This document shows, one piece after another, positions 10,300 through 20,127 of a stretch of 59,553 nucleotides of DNA. The stretch covers positions 1 to 59,553 of the forward strand of contig JBMHCK010000074.1 in NCBI GenBank assembly GCA_049889955.1, in the 5' to 3' direction. The notes under the pieces were generated by a model. That model saw only the letters and a program-made list of their open reading frames with translations, had not been told where the DNA came from and searched no databases. How positions within the stretch are numbered: position 1 is the stretch's first letter; every line of letters begins with the position of its first letter. This stretch comes from Candidatus Puniceispirillaceae bacterium (lineage in GTDB: Bacteria; Pseudomonadota; Alphaproteobacteria; Puniceispirillales; Puniceispirillaceae). The position numbers were made by a program, and so were the translations under genes.

Positions 10300-10686
10300 A
10301 GAATTTTGACATCGGGTCCTGAACCGTCTTCAGCCATAGCGAAAAACCGCTGAATTACGCTTGAGGCAAATATCAAGTTCCCGATACAAATGCCCCCTCA
10401 AACGGGCGGAAATGACAAGAATGTTTAACAAACAATCAAACCATTCTTGTTCATTTTATCAACCGCCCCGCATGAGATTAAAGAATTAGGGTAAGAGAGA
10501 TGCTTGTAACCCACCTAGATTACACATCTGATAAACAAAAGCCTCGGCAGACAGCAGCGTTATCAACGCCTCTTGCCGGTGCCACCCCTATTGCAAGAAA
10601 TGCCATATCTGCCCCGACCACGCGGCAGCCAACATCACATATCCGCGTAGATGCTCTGCACCGCCGGATTACAGAAAGACACATTT
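10300..10686 (+). promoter_or_regulatory. Putative long structured 5' leader of rne
   Basis: TATAGT -10-like hexamer at 10288-10293; long inverted repeats at 10311-10385 and 10403-10470; rne ATG at 10687. Confidence 0.5.
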
Positions 10687-13236
10687 ATGACAAAGAAATT
10701 ACTGATCGATGCACATCAGCCCGAAGAAACACGGGTTGTATTGCTCAATGGCAACAAAATCGAAGAGTTCGATTACGAGAATACCAGCTTTAAGCAACTC
10801 AAAGGAAATGTCTATCTGGCGCGCGTAACCCGCGTTGAGCCCTCTCTGCAGGCAGCCTTTGTTGAATATGGCGGTAACCGCCAGGGCTTTTTGGCCTTTA
10901 GCGAAATCCACCCGGATTATTATCGTATCCCTATCGAAGACCGCGAAGCGCTGGTGGAAGAAACCAAGCAAGAGGCGGATACAGATAACGGCGATGAGCC
11001 AGATGAAAATGGAACCTCCGAAGGCAGCAATGCCGCCCCGGAAACACTTGGCGGGGATGATGAAGATAATGAAAGCCGCAAGCCATCTGCAGCGGTTATG
11101 CAACGCTATAAAATTCAGGAAGTCATCTCGCGCAAGCAGATATTGCTGGTGCAGGTCGTAAAAGAAGAGCGCGGCAATAAAGGGGCAGCCCTTACTACCT
11201 ATCTTTCGCTGGCAGGTCGCTATTGCGTGCTGATGCCAAACAGCAGCCGCAGCGGCGGTGTATCGCGCAAAATCACCAATGTTGCTGATCGCAAGCGGCT
11301 AAAGACAATTGTTAATGATTTGGATGTCGCTGACGGTATGGCGGTGATTGTCCGAACTGCCGGGGCGAAACGCACCAAGACCGAAATAAAGCGGGATTAT
11401 GCCTATCTGTCCAAATTATGGGACGAGATTAGAACCAATACGCTGCAATCCGAAGCCCCAACCCTGATCCATGAAGAGGGCTCATTGGTGAAACGGGCTA
11501 TCCGCGATATCTATACCAATGATGTTGATGAAGTGCTGGTAGAAGGCGAGGACGCCTATAAAACCGCCAAGGCACAGATGAAGATGCTGATCCCTAGCCA
11601 CGCCAAGCGCGTGGTAAAATTTGAAGATCAAACACATTTGTTCCAGGCCAATAATGTCGAACCGCAGCTGGATACCATACATCAGAGCGAAGTGACGCTA
11701 AAATCCGGCGGCTATCTGGTTATCAACCAGACCGAGGCGCTGGTGGCGATTGATGTAAACTCTGGCAAAGCCACGCGCGAGCGGAATATTGAAGAGACCG
11801 CGCTGAAAACCAATCTGGAAGCCGCAGAAGAGGTAGGCCGGCAATTAAAGCTGCGTGACCTGTCTGGGCTGATTGTCATCGATTTCATCGATATGGATGA
11901 AAACCGCAATCAAAATTCTGTAGAACGGCGGCTGAAAGATGCACTGCGCCATGACCGGGCGCGTATTCAGGTTGGATCTATCTCGCATTTTGGTTTGCTG
12001 GAAATGTCGCGCCAACGCCTGCGCCCATCTCTGGTTGAATCAGTATCGCAATCCTGTCCACATTGTCTGGGCACAGGCCGGGTTCGCTCGGTCAATTCCT
12101 CTGCCTTGCAAATGTTGCGGATTATCGAAGAAGAGGCCTCGCGGCAAGCTGGCAAGGATATCACCATCTTTGTGAACCCCGAGGTTGCGCTTTACATTCT
12201 AAATCAGAAACGTGCCTCGCTGGCACAGCTAGAGAGCCAGTTTGGTATCTCCATTCTTATCGAAGCTGATGCCAGCCTGTTGCCTGCAGATCACCGTTTT
12301 GATGGCCAGCGTAATGACAGCCAGCGTAATGATAATCAGCGTAATGGCAACCAGCGAGGCGATCGCGCAGACCGGCAGAATAATCGCAACCGCAATCAGA
12401 ACCAGAATCAGGGCCAAAATCAATCTGGTAATGGCACGCCATCTGGCCCACCATCAACCGAAGATGGCGAGGAAGATCAGCCCAAGAGACGGCGCAGAGG
12501 CAAGCGCGGTGGGCGTCGGCGTAAAAGACGCGGCGGTGAGGAAGATGGCCAGCTTAACGAAAATCAGGCAGCTGAGGGCATGACACCGAATGAGAGTGGC
12601 ACGCCAGCATCAGCTGAACAGGCTGGCATGGCTGAGGGTGAAACCCCTTCTGATGAGAATGCAACGGATGAGGCAAAAAAGCCGCGCCGTTCACGTCGGC
12701 GTCGCCGTCCTTCTGGTGAAAATAACCAAACTGGTGAAAACAGCCAAAATGATGACAGCACCGCCCCAAGCGATAACGTTGCCGAGCCGGTAGCCGAACA
12801 GGCCACATCGGCTAGCAGTGAAGACGCAGGCCTGTCAGCTTCAGAAAAGCCTGCGCCTAAAGCAAAGAAGGCGGCGAAAAAGACCGCGAAAAAAGCAGCT
12901 AAATCAACAAAGGCGGTCAAGGCGAAAGCTGAAAAAGCCGAAAAAGATGAAGCCTCAGATGAGGGGGATGAGCGCGCGGCTACCCCTGCTGGTAAAGGCA
13001 AAGCAGTAGCTAAAAAGGCAAAAGCAGCCAAAAAAGCCCCTAAAGCAGCAAAAACAGCCAAGGCAAAAGAAGATAAGGCAAAAGAAAATAACGCGGCACC
13101 GGCTGAACGTCCTGCGGATAGCGGTACTGACGCCCCGGCGGAACGTGCGGCTGCCAGTTCGGTAGAGATAAAGGTGGTCAATATTGATGATGCAGATGTG
13201 CCAAAGAAGAAAAAAGGCGGCTGGTGGTCACGGTAG
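10687..13236 (+). CDS. rne: Ribonuclease E
   Basis: MTKKLLIDAHQPEETRV start; S1 domain; KEERGNKGAALTT; IDVNSG; IVIDFIDM; Zn-link CPHCLGTG; disordered C-terminal region ending KKGGWWSR. Confidence 0.97.
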   Translation: MTKKLLIDAHQPEETRVVLLNGNKIEEFDYENTSFKQLKGNVYLARVTRVEPSLQAAFVEYGGNRQGFLAFSEIHPDYYRIPIEDREALVEETKQEADTDNGDEPDENGTSEGSNAAPETLGGDDEDNESRKPSAAVMQRYKIQEVISRKQILLVQVVKEERGNKGAALTTYLSLAGRYCVLMPNSSRSGGVSRKITNVADRKRLKTIVNDLDVADGMAVIVRTAGAKRTKTEIKRDYAYLSKLWDEIRTNTLQSEAPTLIHEEGSLVKRAIRDIYTNDVDEVLVEGEDAYKTAKAQMKMLIPSHAKRVVKFEDQTHLFQANNVEPQLDTIHQSEVTLKSGGYLVINQTEALVAIDVNSGKATRERNIEETALKTNLEAAEEVGRQLKLRDLSGLIVIDFIDMDENRNQNSVERRLKDALRHDRARIQVGSISHFGLLEMSRQRLRPSLVESVSQSCPHCLGTGRVRSVNSSALQMLRIIEEEASRQAGKDITIFVNPEVALYILNQKRASLAQLESQFGISILIEADASLLPADHRFDGQRNDSQRNDNQRNGNQRGDRADRQNNRNRNQNQNQGQNQSGNGTPSGPPSTEDGEEDQPKRRRRGKRGGRRRKRRGGEEDGQLNENQAAEGMTPNESGTPASAEQAGMAEGETPSDENATDEAKKPRRSRRRRRPSGENNQTGENSQNDDSTAPSDNVAEPVAEQATSASSEDAGLSASEKPAPKAKKAAKKTAKKAAKSTKAVKAKAEKAEKDEASDEGDERAATPAGKGKAVAKKAKAAKKAPKAAKTAKAKEDKAKENNAAPAERPADSGTDAPAERAAASSVEIKVVNIDDADVPKKKKGGWWSR
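12307..12357 (+). repeat. In-frame 15-bp tandem repeat (CAGCGTAATGRYARY x3+) encoding QRNDS-QRNDN-QRNGN-QR in RNase E
   Basis: Read directly from the sequence. Confidence 0.85.
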
Positions 13237-13298
13237 GCCTCTGCCCAGCCGGTAGGGCTGACAGGGAAATCATGCCGATTAAGACATAAGAACGAGAT

Positions 13299-13329
13299 AA
13301 AAAAGCCAGAAAATTTCTGGCTTTTTTTT
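13299..13329. terminator. Bidirectional intrinsic terminator between convergent rne and aminotransferase
   Basis: AAAAAAGCCAGA-AAATT-TCTGGCTTTTTTTT: stem flanked by A and T runs. Confidence 0.85.
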
Positions 13330-13359
13330 CAGGGAAAATGAAAGATGCAGCGAGCGGCG

Positions 13360-14553
13360 TCAGGCCGCATCGCTTCGCAGATTTCCGGTAAATCTGTTTA
13401 TGCGTTTACACGCTTCATGCATATCTGCCTCGCTTCCAGCGAAAGACAGACGGATATATCCATGTCCGTTTTGGGGATCAAAATCGATACCCGGGGTCAC
13501 CGCCACCCCCTGGCTAGCCAATAATCCTTCGGCAAAATTCAACGCATTGTCGCTAAAGGATGAGATATCCGCATATAGATAAAAGGCACCATCACATGGG
13601 GCGCTGCCCTGCAGCATCGCACGCGGCAGGCCATGCATCAGAATATCGCGGTTTCTGGCATAGCGCTGACAATGTTTTTCCAGCTCTTCTGTACAGTCAA
13701 ATGCTGCCACCGCGGCCAGCTGGTTTGGGGTTGGTGCAGAAATAAACAGATTCTGCGCCAGCTTCTCAACTGGATCAACCAGGTCATCTGGCAACACCAT
13801 CCAGCCAATCCGCCAGCCTGTCATTGAAAAATATTTAGACATGCTGTTGATAATAATCGCATTTTTTGTGTAATTCAGCGCTGTTTCCGCCCGTTTGCCA
13901 TAGACCAGACCGTGATAAATCTCGTCAGAGATCAGACGCACCCCATGGCGATCACACCAGCGGCAGATATCTGCCAGTTCCCTATCGCTTAGCACGGTAC
14001 CTGTTGGATTGGACGGGCTGGCAATCATCAACCCATCGGGCAACGCCTCCCAACTTTCCATCTCAGCCAGCATTGGCCGCCATCCCTGCTCTGGCCCAGC
14101 GGCAAGCGGCACCGCCTCTAGCCCCAGACCGCCCATTAAATTGCGATAGGCAGGATAGCCGGGCGTTGGCAGGGCAATTCTATCCCCTTCATCAAACGCT
14201 GCCAGAAAGGCTAGCGCAAATGCGGTAGATGAACCAACGGTCACAGCAATATTATCTGTATTTGGGTGCACATCATACCAGTCCTGATAATGCTGGGCGA
14301 GGCGCGCGCGCAACGGCATCACCCCAAAAGCAACCGAATAGCCATGCGTTGGGGTTTGGCCAAGTGCAGAAATCAAAGACTGGTTGACCGCATCTGGCGC
14401 GGCTGTAGAAGGCTGACCAACCTCCAGATGCACAATATCCTCACCTGCCTGTGTCAGCTCTGTTGCTTTACGCATCACATCCAGAGCCAAAAATGGCGGC
14501 AATGCACTACGCTTGGATACCTTCAGACCTTTTTTATCTATCATTTGCCCCAT
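13360..14553 (-). CDS. PLP-dependent class I/II aminotransferase (aspartate aminotransferase-like)
   Basis: LEVGQPS, ASPSNPTG, SDEIYH, SMSKYFSMTGWRIGW (PLP lysine). Confidence 0.92.
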   Translation of the reverse strand: MGQMIDKKGLKVSKRSALPPFLALDVMRKATELTQAGEDIVHLEVGQPSTAAPDAVNQSLISALGQTPTHGYSVAFGVMPLRARLAQHYQDWYDVHPNTDNIAVTVGSSTAFALAFLAAFDEGDRIALPTPGYPAYRNLMGGLGLEAVPLAAGPEQGWRPMLAEMESWEALPDGLMIASPSNPTGTVLSDRELADICRWCDRHGVRLISDEIYHGLVYGKRAETALNYTKNAIIINSMSKYFSMTGWRIGWMVLPDDLVDPVEKLAQNLFISAPTPNQLAAVAAFDCTEELEKHCQRYARNRDILMHGLPRAMLQGSAPCDGAFYLYADISSFSDNALNFAEGLLASQGVAVTPGIDFDPQNGHGYIRLSFAGSEADMHEACKRINRFTGNLRSDAA

Positions 14554-14805
14554 GCCTTGTATGCCCTTACATATCTTTACCGCAGCTTGTGACTTTTTCT
14601 TTCACATCAGCTATATTACCTTCAGCCATACTATTGCCATTTACGGTATATACCTATGGTAAACTCTTTCGCTATAACGGTGTTTTAACCTGAAATGCAC
14701 AACATCATTTTCAAAAAAGAATGTCAAATCACCTTAACGCAATTTAATTTTGTTTTTTTAATTTTTTTCGAATTTTATTCAAAAAAGAGAGATTATATAC
14801 TGAAG

Positions 14806-16188
14806 ATGACAAGAATATGGCAAAATCGCGCCTGTATCGTGCTTTTTATTCTGACCTTGTGCGCGGGAACCCCGGCAAGCCTGACAGCGGGCATGATCCG
14901 CGATAGCGAGCTAGAGGCCGGGTTTGAAAAATTATCCAATCCTATGGCCCGTGCCGCAGGTATTGAGCAAGGCATTACTATCCGCATTATTATCAACCCG
15001 TCCTATAATGCATTTGTGGCGGGCGGGCGTACGGTTTATCTGCATTCTGGCCTGTTATTAAAGGCCCGTTCAGCTGAGGAAATATTGGGTGTTATTGCCC
15101 ATGAAATTGGCCATCTGGCCGCTGGCCATGTGCCCTTGCGAAGTGAAGCGGTTCAAGAGGCAAATCTGGCAACCGCACTAGCCACTGTGGCAGCAGCGGC
15201 AGCGGCGGCGGCAGGTTCACCAGATGCGGCGCTGGGACTGGCAATTGGCGGGGTAGACAGAGGCCAGCGCGCCTATCTTAAAACCTCGCGCCGGGACGAA
15301 TCCATCGCTGATGAATGGGCGCTGCAATTACTGGATGAGGCAGGCATTTCCAGCTTTGGGCTGGCAGATGTGATGCGCCGACTATCGGCCCAAAGCGCGC
15401 TGCCAGAAAGCCGGCAATCAGAATATTATAGCACCCATCCAGGGGCCAGCAGCAGGCTGGCAACTTTTAATGATCATATTCGCCAAAAGGAACATGACGC
15501 CAGAGAGATAAGTCTGGAGGATATGCGCCTGTTACAGCGGCTGGTTATCAAGCTGGCCGCCTATGTAAACCCGCCGCGCCAAACCTTGCAAAAACCGCTA
15601 CGACCAACCTGGCCACGCTCTAGCACAGAGCCAGCCGCCCTTGCCCCAGATGCCGATATCGCCCTGTATGAAAAAACCATTGCCCAATACAGATATGGCG
15701 AGCTGGCTGCCGCGCGGGCAACTGTTCAAACCCTGCTCGACCGTCACCCAGACGACCCCTGGTATCTGGAATTTGCAGGCGATATTTATCTGGCAAGTGC
15801 AGAAGCAAACCGTGCAGCAGATTTTTATCAGGCCGCGCTTGCCAAACGCGCTGGTGACCCATTGATCAGCCTCAGTCTTGGCCGCGCCCTTATTTCTGTC
15901 AATCAGCCAGCACAGCTTGCAGATGCGGTGATCGCCCTTGAAACATCCCTGGAAAGCGAACCTGATTGGGCGTTTGTCAAACGCCAACTCGCAATTGCCT
16001 ATGGCCGGCTTGGCAAGAAATCCAATGCCGATATTCTGCTGGCAGAAGAAGCCCTGATTAATGGAGATAAGCCACGTGCGATAGCGCTGGCACGCCGGGT
16101 TCTGGGCCGTGACGGCATACCCTTGCCTTTGCGAAGCCGGGCCACGGATATTCTGCTAAGCCTTGATGTTCCGCTGATTGTTGAATAG
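14806..16188 (+). CDS. M48 family Zn metalloprotease with TPR repeats (BepA/YfgC-like)
   Basis: NAFVAGG, AHEIGH (HExxH), E..AD, YYSTHP; signal-like N-terminus from ATG 14806; TPR-like C-terminal half. Confidence 0.88.
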   Translation: MTRIWQNRACIVLFILTLCAGTPASLTAGMIRDSELEAGFEKLSNPMARAAGIEQGITIRIIINPSYNAFVAGGRTVYLHSGLLLKARSAEEILGVIAHEIGHLAAGHVPLRSEAVQEANLATALATVAAAAAAAAGSPDAALGLAIGGVDRGQRAYLKTSRRDESIADEWALQLLDEAGISSFGLADVMRRLSAQSALPESRQSEYYSTHPGASSRLATFNDHIRQKEHDAREISLEDMRLLQRLVIKLAAYVNPPRQTLQKPLRPTWPRSSTEPAALAPDADIALYEKTIAQYRYGELAAARATVQTLLDRHPDDPWYLEFAGDIYLASAEANRAADFYQAALAKRAGDPLISLSLGRALISVNQPAQLADAVIALETSLESEPDWAFVKRQLAIAYGRLGKKSNADILLAEEALINGDKPRAIALARRVLGRDGIPLPLRSRATDILLSLDVPLIVE

Positions 16189-16232
16189 ACAGGAACAGCA
16201 TTTAAGTAACCGCCAGTACCAAAGGAACAAAA

Positions 16233-16967
16233 ATGAAACCTATCTTGTTATCAGCAACAGCGCTTTTTGCAGGTTATCTTGCCGTTGCGGGTCTGGCAAA
16301 GCCTGTATATGCCGAATTGGCCGCAGCAGAAAAGCAGGAAATTGAGGCGCTAATTGAAAGCTTTATCAAAGAGAATCCCGAACTGTTGCGGGATGCATTG
16401 ACCAGGCTGGCAGAAGCCGAGGCGATGGCCGCCCAACAGGCGGCAATGGATTTGGTGCATGATGATAGAGGCGATCCCTATATTGGTGCAGAAAACCCCA
16501 ACCTGATCATTTATGAATTTTCAGATTATAATTGTGGATATTGCAAACGTGTTTTTCCCGATTTAATGGCCATACTTGACGATGACCCGTCTTTGCGGCT
16601 GGTACTCAAAGAATTCCCTATTCTGGCGGAAAGCTCTGTTCTGGGGGCACGGGCGGCTATCGCTGCCCAGCGGCAACAGAAATTCCCTGCTTTTCATGCA
16701 GAAATGATGGGGTGGCGCGGGCGTCTAGATGCAGATGCCATCAACCGCATGGCCAGTTCGGTTGGGCTGGATACCGCACAGCTGCAAATAGATATGCAGG
16801 ATCCGGTGACAGATATCATCCTGAACCGTACACGCCAGGCAGCAGCGGCGTTGGATTTACGCGGAACCCCCGCATTGGTTATTGGAAATAATATTGTACC
16901 GGGCGCCATTAGCCGTGATGAAATTTTAAATTTGATTAAACAGGCACGGGCCGATAAAAACTCTTAA
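16233..16967 (+). CDS. DsbA/ScsC-like thiol-disulfide oxidoreductase
   Basis: Signal peptide, ENPE helix, EFSDYNCGYCK, KEFPIL, GTP cis-Pro loop. Confidence 0.9.
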   Translation: MKPILLSATALFAGYLAVAGLAKPVYAELAAAEKQEIEALIESFIKENPELLRDALTRLAEAEAMAAQQAAMDLVHDDRGDPYIGAENPNLIIYEFSDYNCGYCKRVFPDLMAILDDDPSLRLVLKEFPILAESSVLGARAAIAAQRQQKFPAFHAEMMGWRGRLDADAINRMASSVGLDTAQLQIDMQDPVTDIILNRTRQAAAALDLRGTPALVIGNNIVPGAISRDEILNLIKQARADKNS

Positions 16968-17099
16968 GGTGACTTTGCTATCGGTTTTGTTTTATAAAAA
17001 GCACAGAAATCAGGGTGGCAGAGTAGCTCATAATCATGCATAGCGGGTCTGCAAGCATAGCGCCCAAGCCAGCTTGGCCACCAGACATATGAAAGTTAG

Positions 17100-17564
17100 A
17101 TGATGAAAACCGATCTTCTGATAGTGAATGGCCCAAATTTGAATATGCTTGGCCAGCGTGAGCCGGAAACCTATGGGTCGGACACGCTTGGCGATATTGA
17201 AGCGGCTTGCCGCCAGCTTTGCGATGAGCTAGGGCTGTCAGTACGCTGGTTTCAGTCTAATATTGAAGGCGAAATGGTCACCGCCATTCAGGAATCCGCC
17301 TTTGATAACAGCCCGCATCCAGCGCGCGGCTTGATCATTAATGCAGCTGCCTATACCCATACATCTGTAGCGCTATATGATGCGGTTGAACTGTTTCAGG
17401 GACCAAGCATAGAAATCCATCTCAGCAATACGAGCGCGCGGGAATCTTTCCGCCATCACAGCTTTTTGTCATTAGTATGTGATGGTATTATTCAGGGCTT
17501 TGGTCGCGATTCCTATTTATTGGCTATTCGCGGCATTTCCAGCAAGCTTGCAAAAGCAGGCTAG
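17100..17564 (+). CDS. aroQ: Type II 3-dehydroquinate dehydratase
   Basis: NGPNLNMLGQREPETYG, QSNIEG, NAAAYTHTS, EIHLSN, RESFRHHS. Confidence 0.96.
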   Translation: MMKTDLLIVNGPNLNMLGQREPETYGSDTLGDIEAACRQLCDELGLSVRWFQSNIEGEMVTAIQESAFDNSPHPARGLIINAAAYTHTSVALYDAVELFQGPSIEIHLSNTSARESFRHHSFLSLVCDGIIQGFGRDSYLLAIRGISSKLAKAG

Positions 17565-17603
17565 CACTTAACAACGACAGACAAGACAGGGTGACGAAAC
17601 GCT

Positions 17604-18095
17604 ATGGCATCATCTTCCAAACCTAAATCATTCTCTGCTGAAACAAAGTTTGTAAAAGAACTGACGGCAATTCTTGATAAGAGCAATTTAACCGAGCTGG
17701 AATTTGAAACAGAAGAAATTTCGGTCAGGCTAGCTAAAGGGACAACTATGGCCGCAGCACCAGCGATGATGCCTGTTGCGGCGGCACCAGCTGCTGTGCC
17801 TGCGCCCGCCTCTGCCGAGGCCGCACCATCTGCCCCTGCAGCCAGCGATGCCTCGGCCCATCCAGGCGCAGTAAAATCGCCAATGGTCGGCACCGTCTAT
17901 CTGGCCCCTGAACCAGATGCCCCTGATTTCGTGAAACAAGGCGACCAGGTGAAAAAGGGCCAGACCCTGTTCATTGTTGAGGCCATGAAGGTAATGAACC
18001 CGATTACCGCCCCCGCAGACGGGAAACTAACCCGTGTGCTGGTAGATAACGCACAGCCTATCGAATTTGATCAGCCCCTTGCCATTATAGAGTAG
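17604..18095 (+). CDS. accB: Acetyl-CoA carboxylase biotin carboxyl carrier protein
   Basis: Ala/Pro linker, SPMVGT, EAMKVMN biotinylation motif. Confidence 0.96.
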   Translation: MASSSKPKSFSAETKFVKELTAILDKSNLTELEFETEEISVRLAKGTTMAAAPAMMPVAAAPAAVPAPASAEAAPSAPAASDASAHPGAVKSPMVGTVYLAPEPDAPDFVKQGDQVKKGQTLFIVEAMKVMNPITAPADGKLTRVLVDNAQPIEFDQPLAIIE

Positions 18096-18097
18096 TC

Positions 18098-19444
18098 ATG
18101 TTCAACAAGATTCTTATTGCTAATCGCGGAGATGTGGCGCTACGGGTATTGCGCGCCTGCAAAGAGATGGGCATTCCAACGGTTGTTGTGCATTCCACAG
18201 CAGATGCCGAATCCATGCCAGTGCGTCTGGCAGATGAAAGCGTGTGTATTGGCCCGCCAGCCGCAACAAATTCCTATCTTAATATTCCCAATCTGATTTC
18301 TGCTGCTGCGGTAACTGGCTGTGATGCGGTGCATCCAGGGGTTGGATTTTTGGCTGAAAATGCCGATTTCGCAGATATTGTTCAGGCCCATGGGCTGACC
18401 TTTATTGGCCCGGAGCCAGAACATATCCGGCAAATGGGGGATAAGGTCCAGGCAAAAATTACCGCCGCCGAGGCAGGGCTGCCATTGGTACCTGGCTCTC
18501 CGGGCGCGGTAGCCACTATTGAAGAAGCTGCCGAGCTGGCCAAAGATATCGGCTTTCCACTATTGGTGAAAGCGGCATCAGGTGGCGGCGGGCGCGGAAT
18601 GAAGGTCGCTGAAAATGCAGAAGGGCTAGCTGAAGCCTTTTCCTCTGCCCGTTCAGAAGCAAAAGCGGCCTTTGGCGATGATACTGTGTATCTTGAACGC
18701 TATCTGGATAACCCGCGCCATATTGAAGTACAGGTGATTGCCGATTCACATGGCAATGCGGTGCATTTGGGAGAGCGTGAATGCTCGGTCCAGCGGCGTC
18801 ACCAAAAATTGTTTGAAGAGGCCCCCTCGCCAGCATTAAGCGAAGATCAGCGCAAATCGATTGGCGAGACAGCTGCAAATGCCGCCGCACAGATGGGCTA
18901 TCTTGGTGTCGGCACGATGGAATTTCTCTATCAGGATGGCGAATTTTTCTTTATCGAGATGAATACCCGCCTACAGGTTGAGCATCCTATCACCGAAGCC
19001 ATTACCGGGGTTGATTTGGTGCGCGAGCAAATTCTGATCGCCACAGGCGAAAAGCTGAGCTTTACTCAAGAAGAAGTCAGCTTTACCGGCCATGCTATTG
19101 AATGCCGGATCAATGCCGAGCATCCAGAAACCTTTGTTCCAACACCAGGCACAGTTGAATTCTACCATGCCGCCGGGGGATCCGGGGTTCGGGTAGATAC
19201 GATTTTATATAGCGGGTACCGTATTCCCCCTTATTATGACAGTCTGATTGCCAAATTGATTGTGCATGGCAGGGACCGAGATCACGCGCTGGCACGGTTA
19301 CGGCTGGCATTGGATGAATTTGTCGTGGAACCTATTCCAACTACGCTGGATTTGCATAAACGCTTGCTGGATGCACCTGCTATCCGTACCGGGGATTATT
19401 CTATAAAATGGCTGGAGCAAAGCTTTTTTAACAGCGAAAGCTGA
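18098..19444 (+). CDS. accC: Biotin carboxylase
   Basis: KILIANRG, GGGGRGM, ERECSVQRRHQK, EMNTRLQVEHP, PPYYDSLIAK. Confidence 0.97.
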   Translation: MFNKILIANRGDVALRVLRACKEMGIPTVVVHSTADAESMPVRLADESVCIGPPAATNSYLNIPNLISAAAVTGCDAVHPGVGFLAENADFADIVQAHGLTFIGPEPEHIRQMGDKVQAKITAAEAGLPLVPGSPGAVATIEEAAELAKDIGFPLLVKAASGGGGRGMKVAENAEGLAEAFSSARSEAKAAFGDDTVYLERYLDNPRHIEVQVIADSHGNAVHLGERECSVQRRHQKLFEEAPSPALSEDQRKSIGETAANAAAQMGYLGVGTMEFLYQDGEFFFIEMNTRLQVEHPITEAITGVDLVREQILIATGEKLSFTQEEVSFTGHAIECRINAEHPETFVPTPGTVEFYHAAGGSGVRVDTILYSGYRIPPYYDSLIAKLIVHGRDRDHALARLRLALDEFVVEPIPTTLDLHKRLLDAPAIRTGDYSIKWLEQSFFNSES

Positions 19445-19464
19445 TCTAGCCAGATGGGTAGGCC

Positions 19465-20127
19465 ATGAGCGACGCCTATATCTATGCCCCTGAAACCATC
19501 ATAAAAGCCTATTCTCTTGGCGTATTTCCAATGGCAGAGTCCCGTGATGACGGGGCTTTGCATTTCTATGAGCCGCAACAACGCGGCATCCTGCCGATTA
19601 ACCCGCCCCATATTCCGCGCCGCTTACTGCGTCTGGTTCGACAAACCGGCTGGCAGGTCAGTATCAATACCGATTTTCGGGCGGTTATTGAAGGCTGTGC
19701 CGAGCAAACAGAAAGCCGCGAAGATAGCTGGATAAACGCGGAAATTATTCGGCTTTATCTGGCTTTGCACAAGATGGGGTTTGCCTATTCGGTTGAGGTG
19801 TGGGAGGAACAGGCCCTTATTGGCGGGCTATATGGTATAAAGCTGGGCAGTGCCTTTTTTGGCGAATCCATGTTCTCGCGTCGCAGCAATGCCTCAAAAA
19901 TTGCGCTCGCACATTTGATGGCACGGCTATATTATGGTGGGTTCACCCTGTTAGACGCGCAATTTGCAAATGACCATCTCTTGCAATTTGGCCTGATCGA
20001 AATACCCAAACAGGCATTTCAAAAACAGCTTCAGACAGCGCTAGCCCACCCTGCAGAATTACCGATGGATATCGATTCGGAAATCATTTTTGCTCATTTA
20101 GCACAGGCCAAAACCGTGACATCATAA
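19465..20127 (+). CDS. aat: Leucyl/phenylalanyl-tRNA--protein transferase
   Basis: AYSLGVFPM, SWI, SVEVW, GGLYG, FFGESMFS, NASKIAL, LDAQ. Confidence 0.93.
   Translation: MSDAYIYAPETIIKAYSLGVFPMAESRDDGALHFYEPQQRGILPINPPHIPRRLLRLVRQTGWQVSINTDFRAVIEGCAEQTESREDSWINAEIIRLYLALHKMGFAYSVEVWEEQALIGGLYGIKLGSAFFGESMFSRRSNASKIALAHLMARLYYGGFTLLDAQFANDHLLQFGLIEIPKQAFQKQLQTALAHPAELPMDIDSEIIFAHLAQAKTVTS

Noticed and set aside
10500-10793. 97-aa ORF in the rne leader as a possible leader peptide
   Set aside because: Overlaps rne out of frame and has no recognisable features; cannot be supported.
12564-13181. 205-aa Ala/Phe-rich minus-strand ORF that looks like a membrane protein
   Set aside because: Antisense mirror of the Lys/Ala low-complexity RNase E tail.
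14690-14800. AT-rich patches (also about 30180-30350 and 50040-50180) as foreign DNA, and TTAA pairs as CtrA boxes
   Set aside because: They coincide with divergent promoter spacers. TTAA spacings checked were N3, N5 or N6 rather than N7, and no integrase, transposase or att sites were seen.
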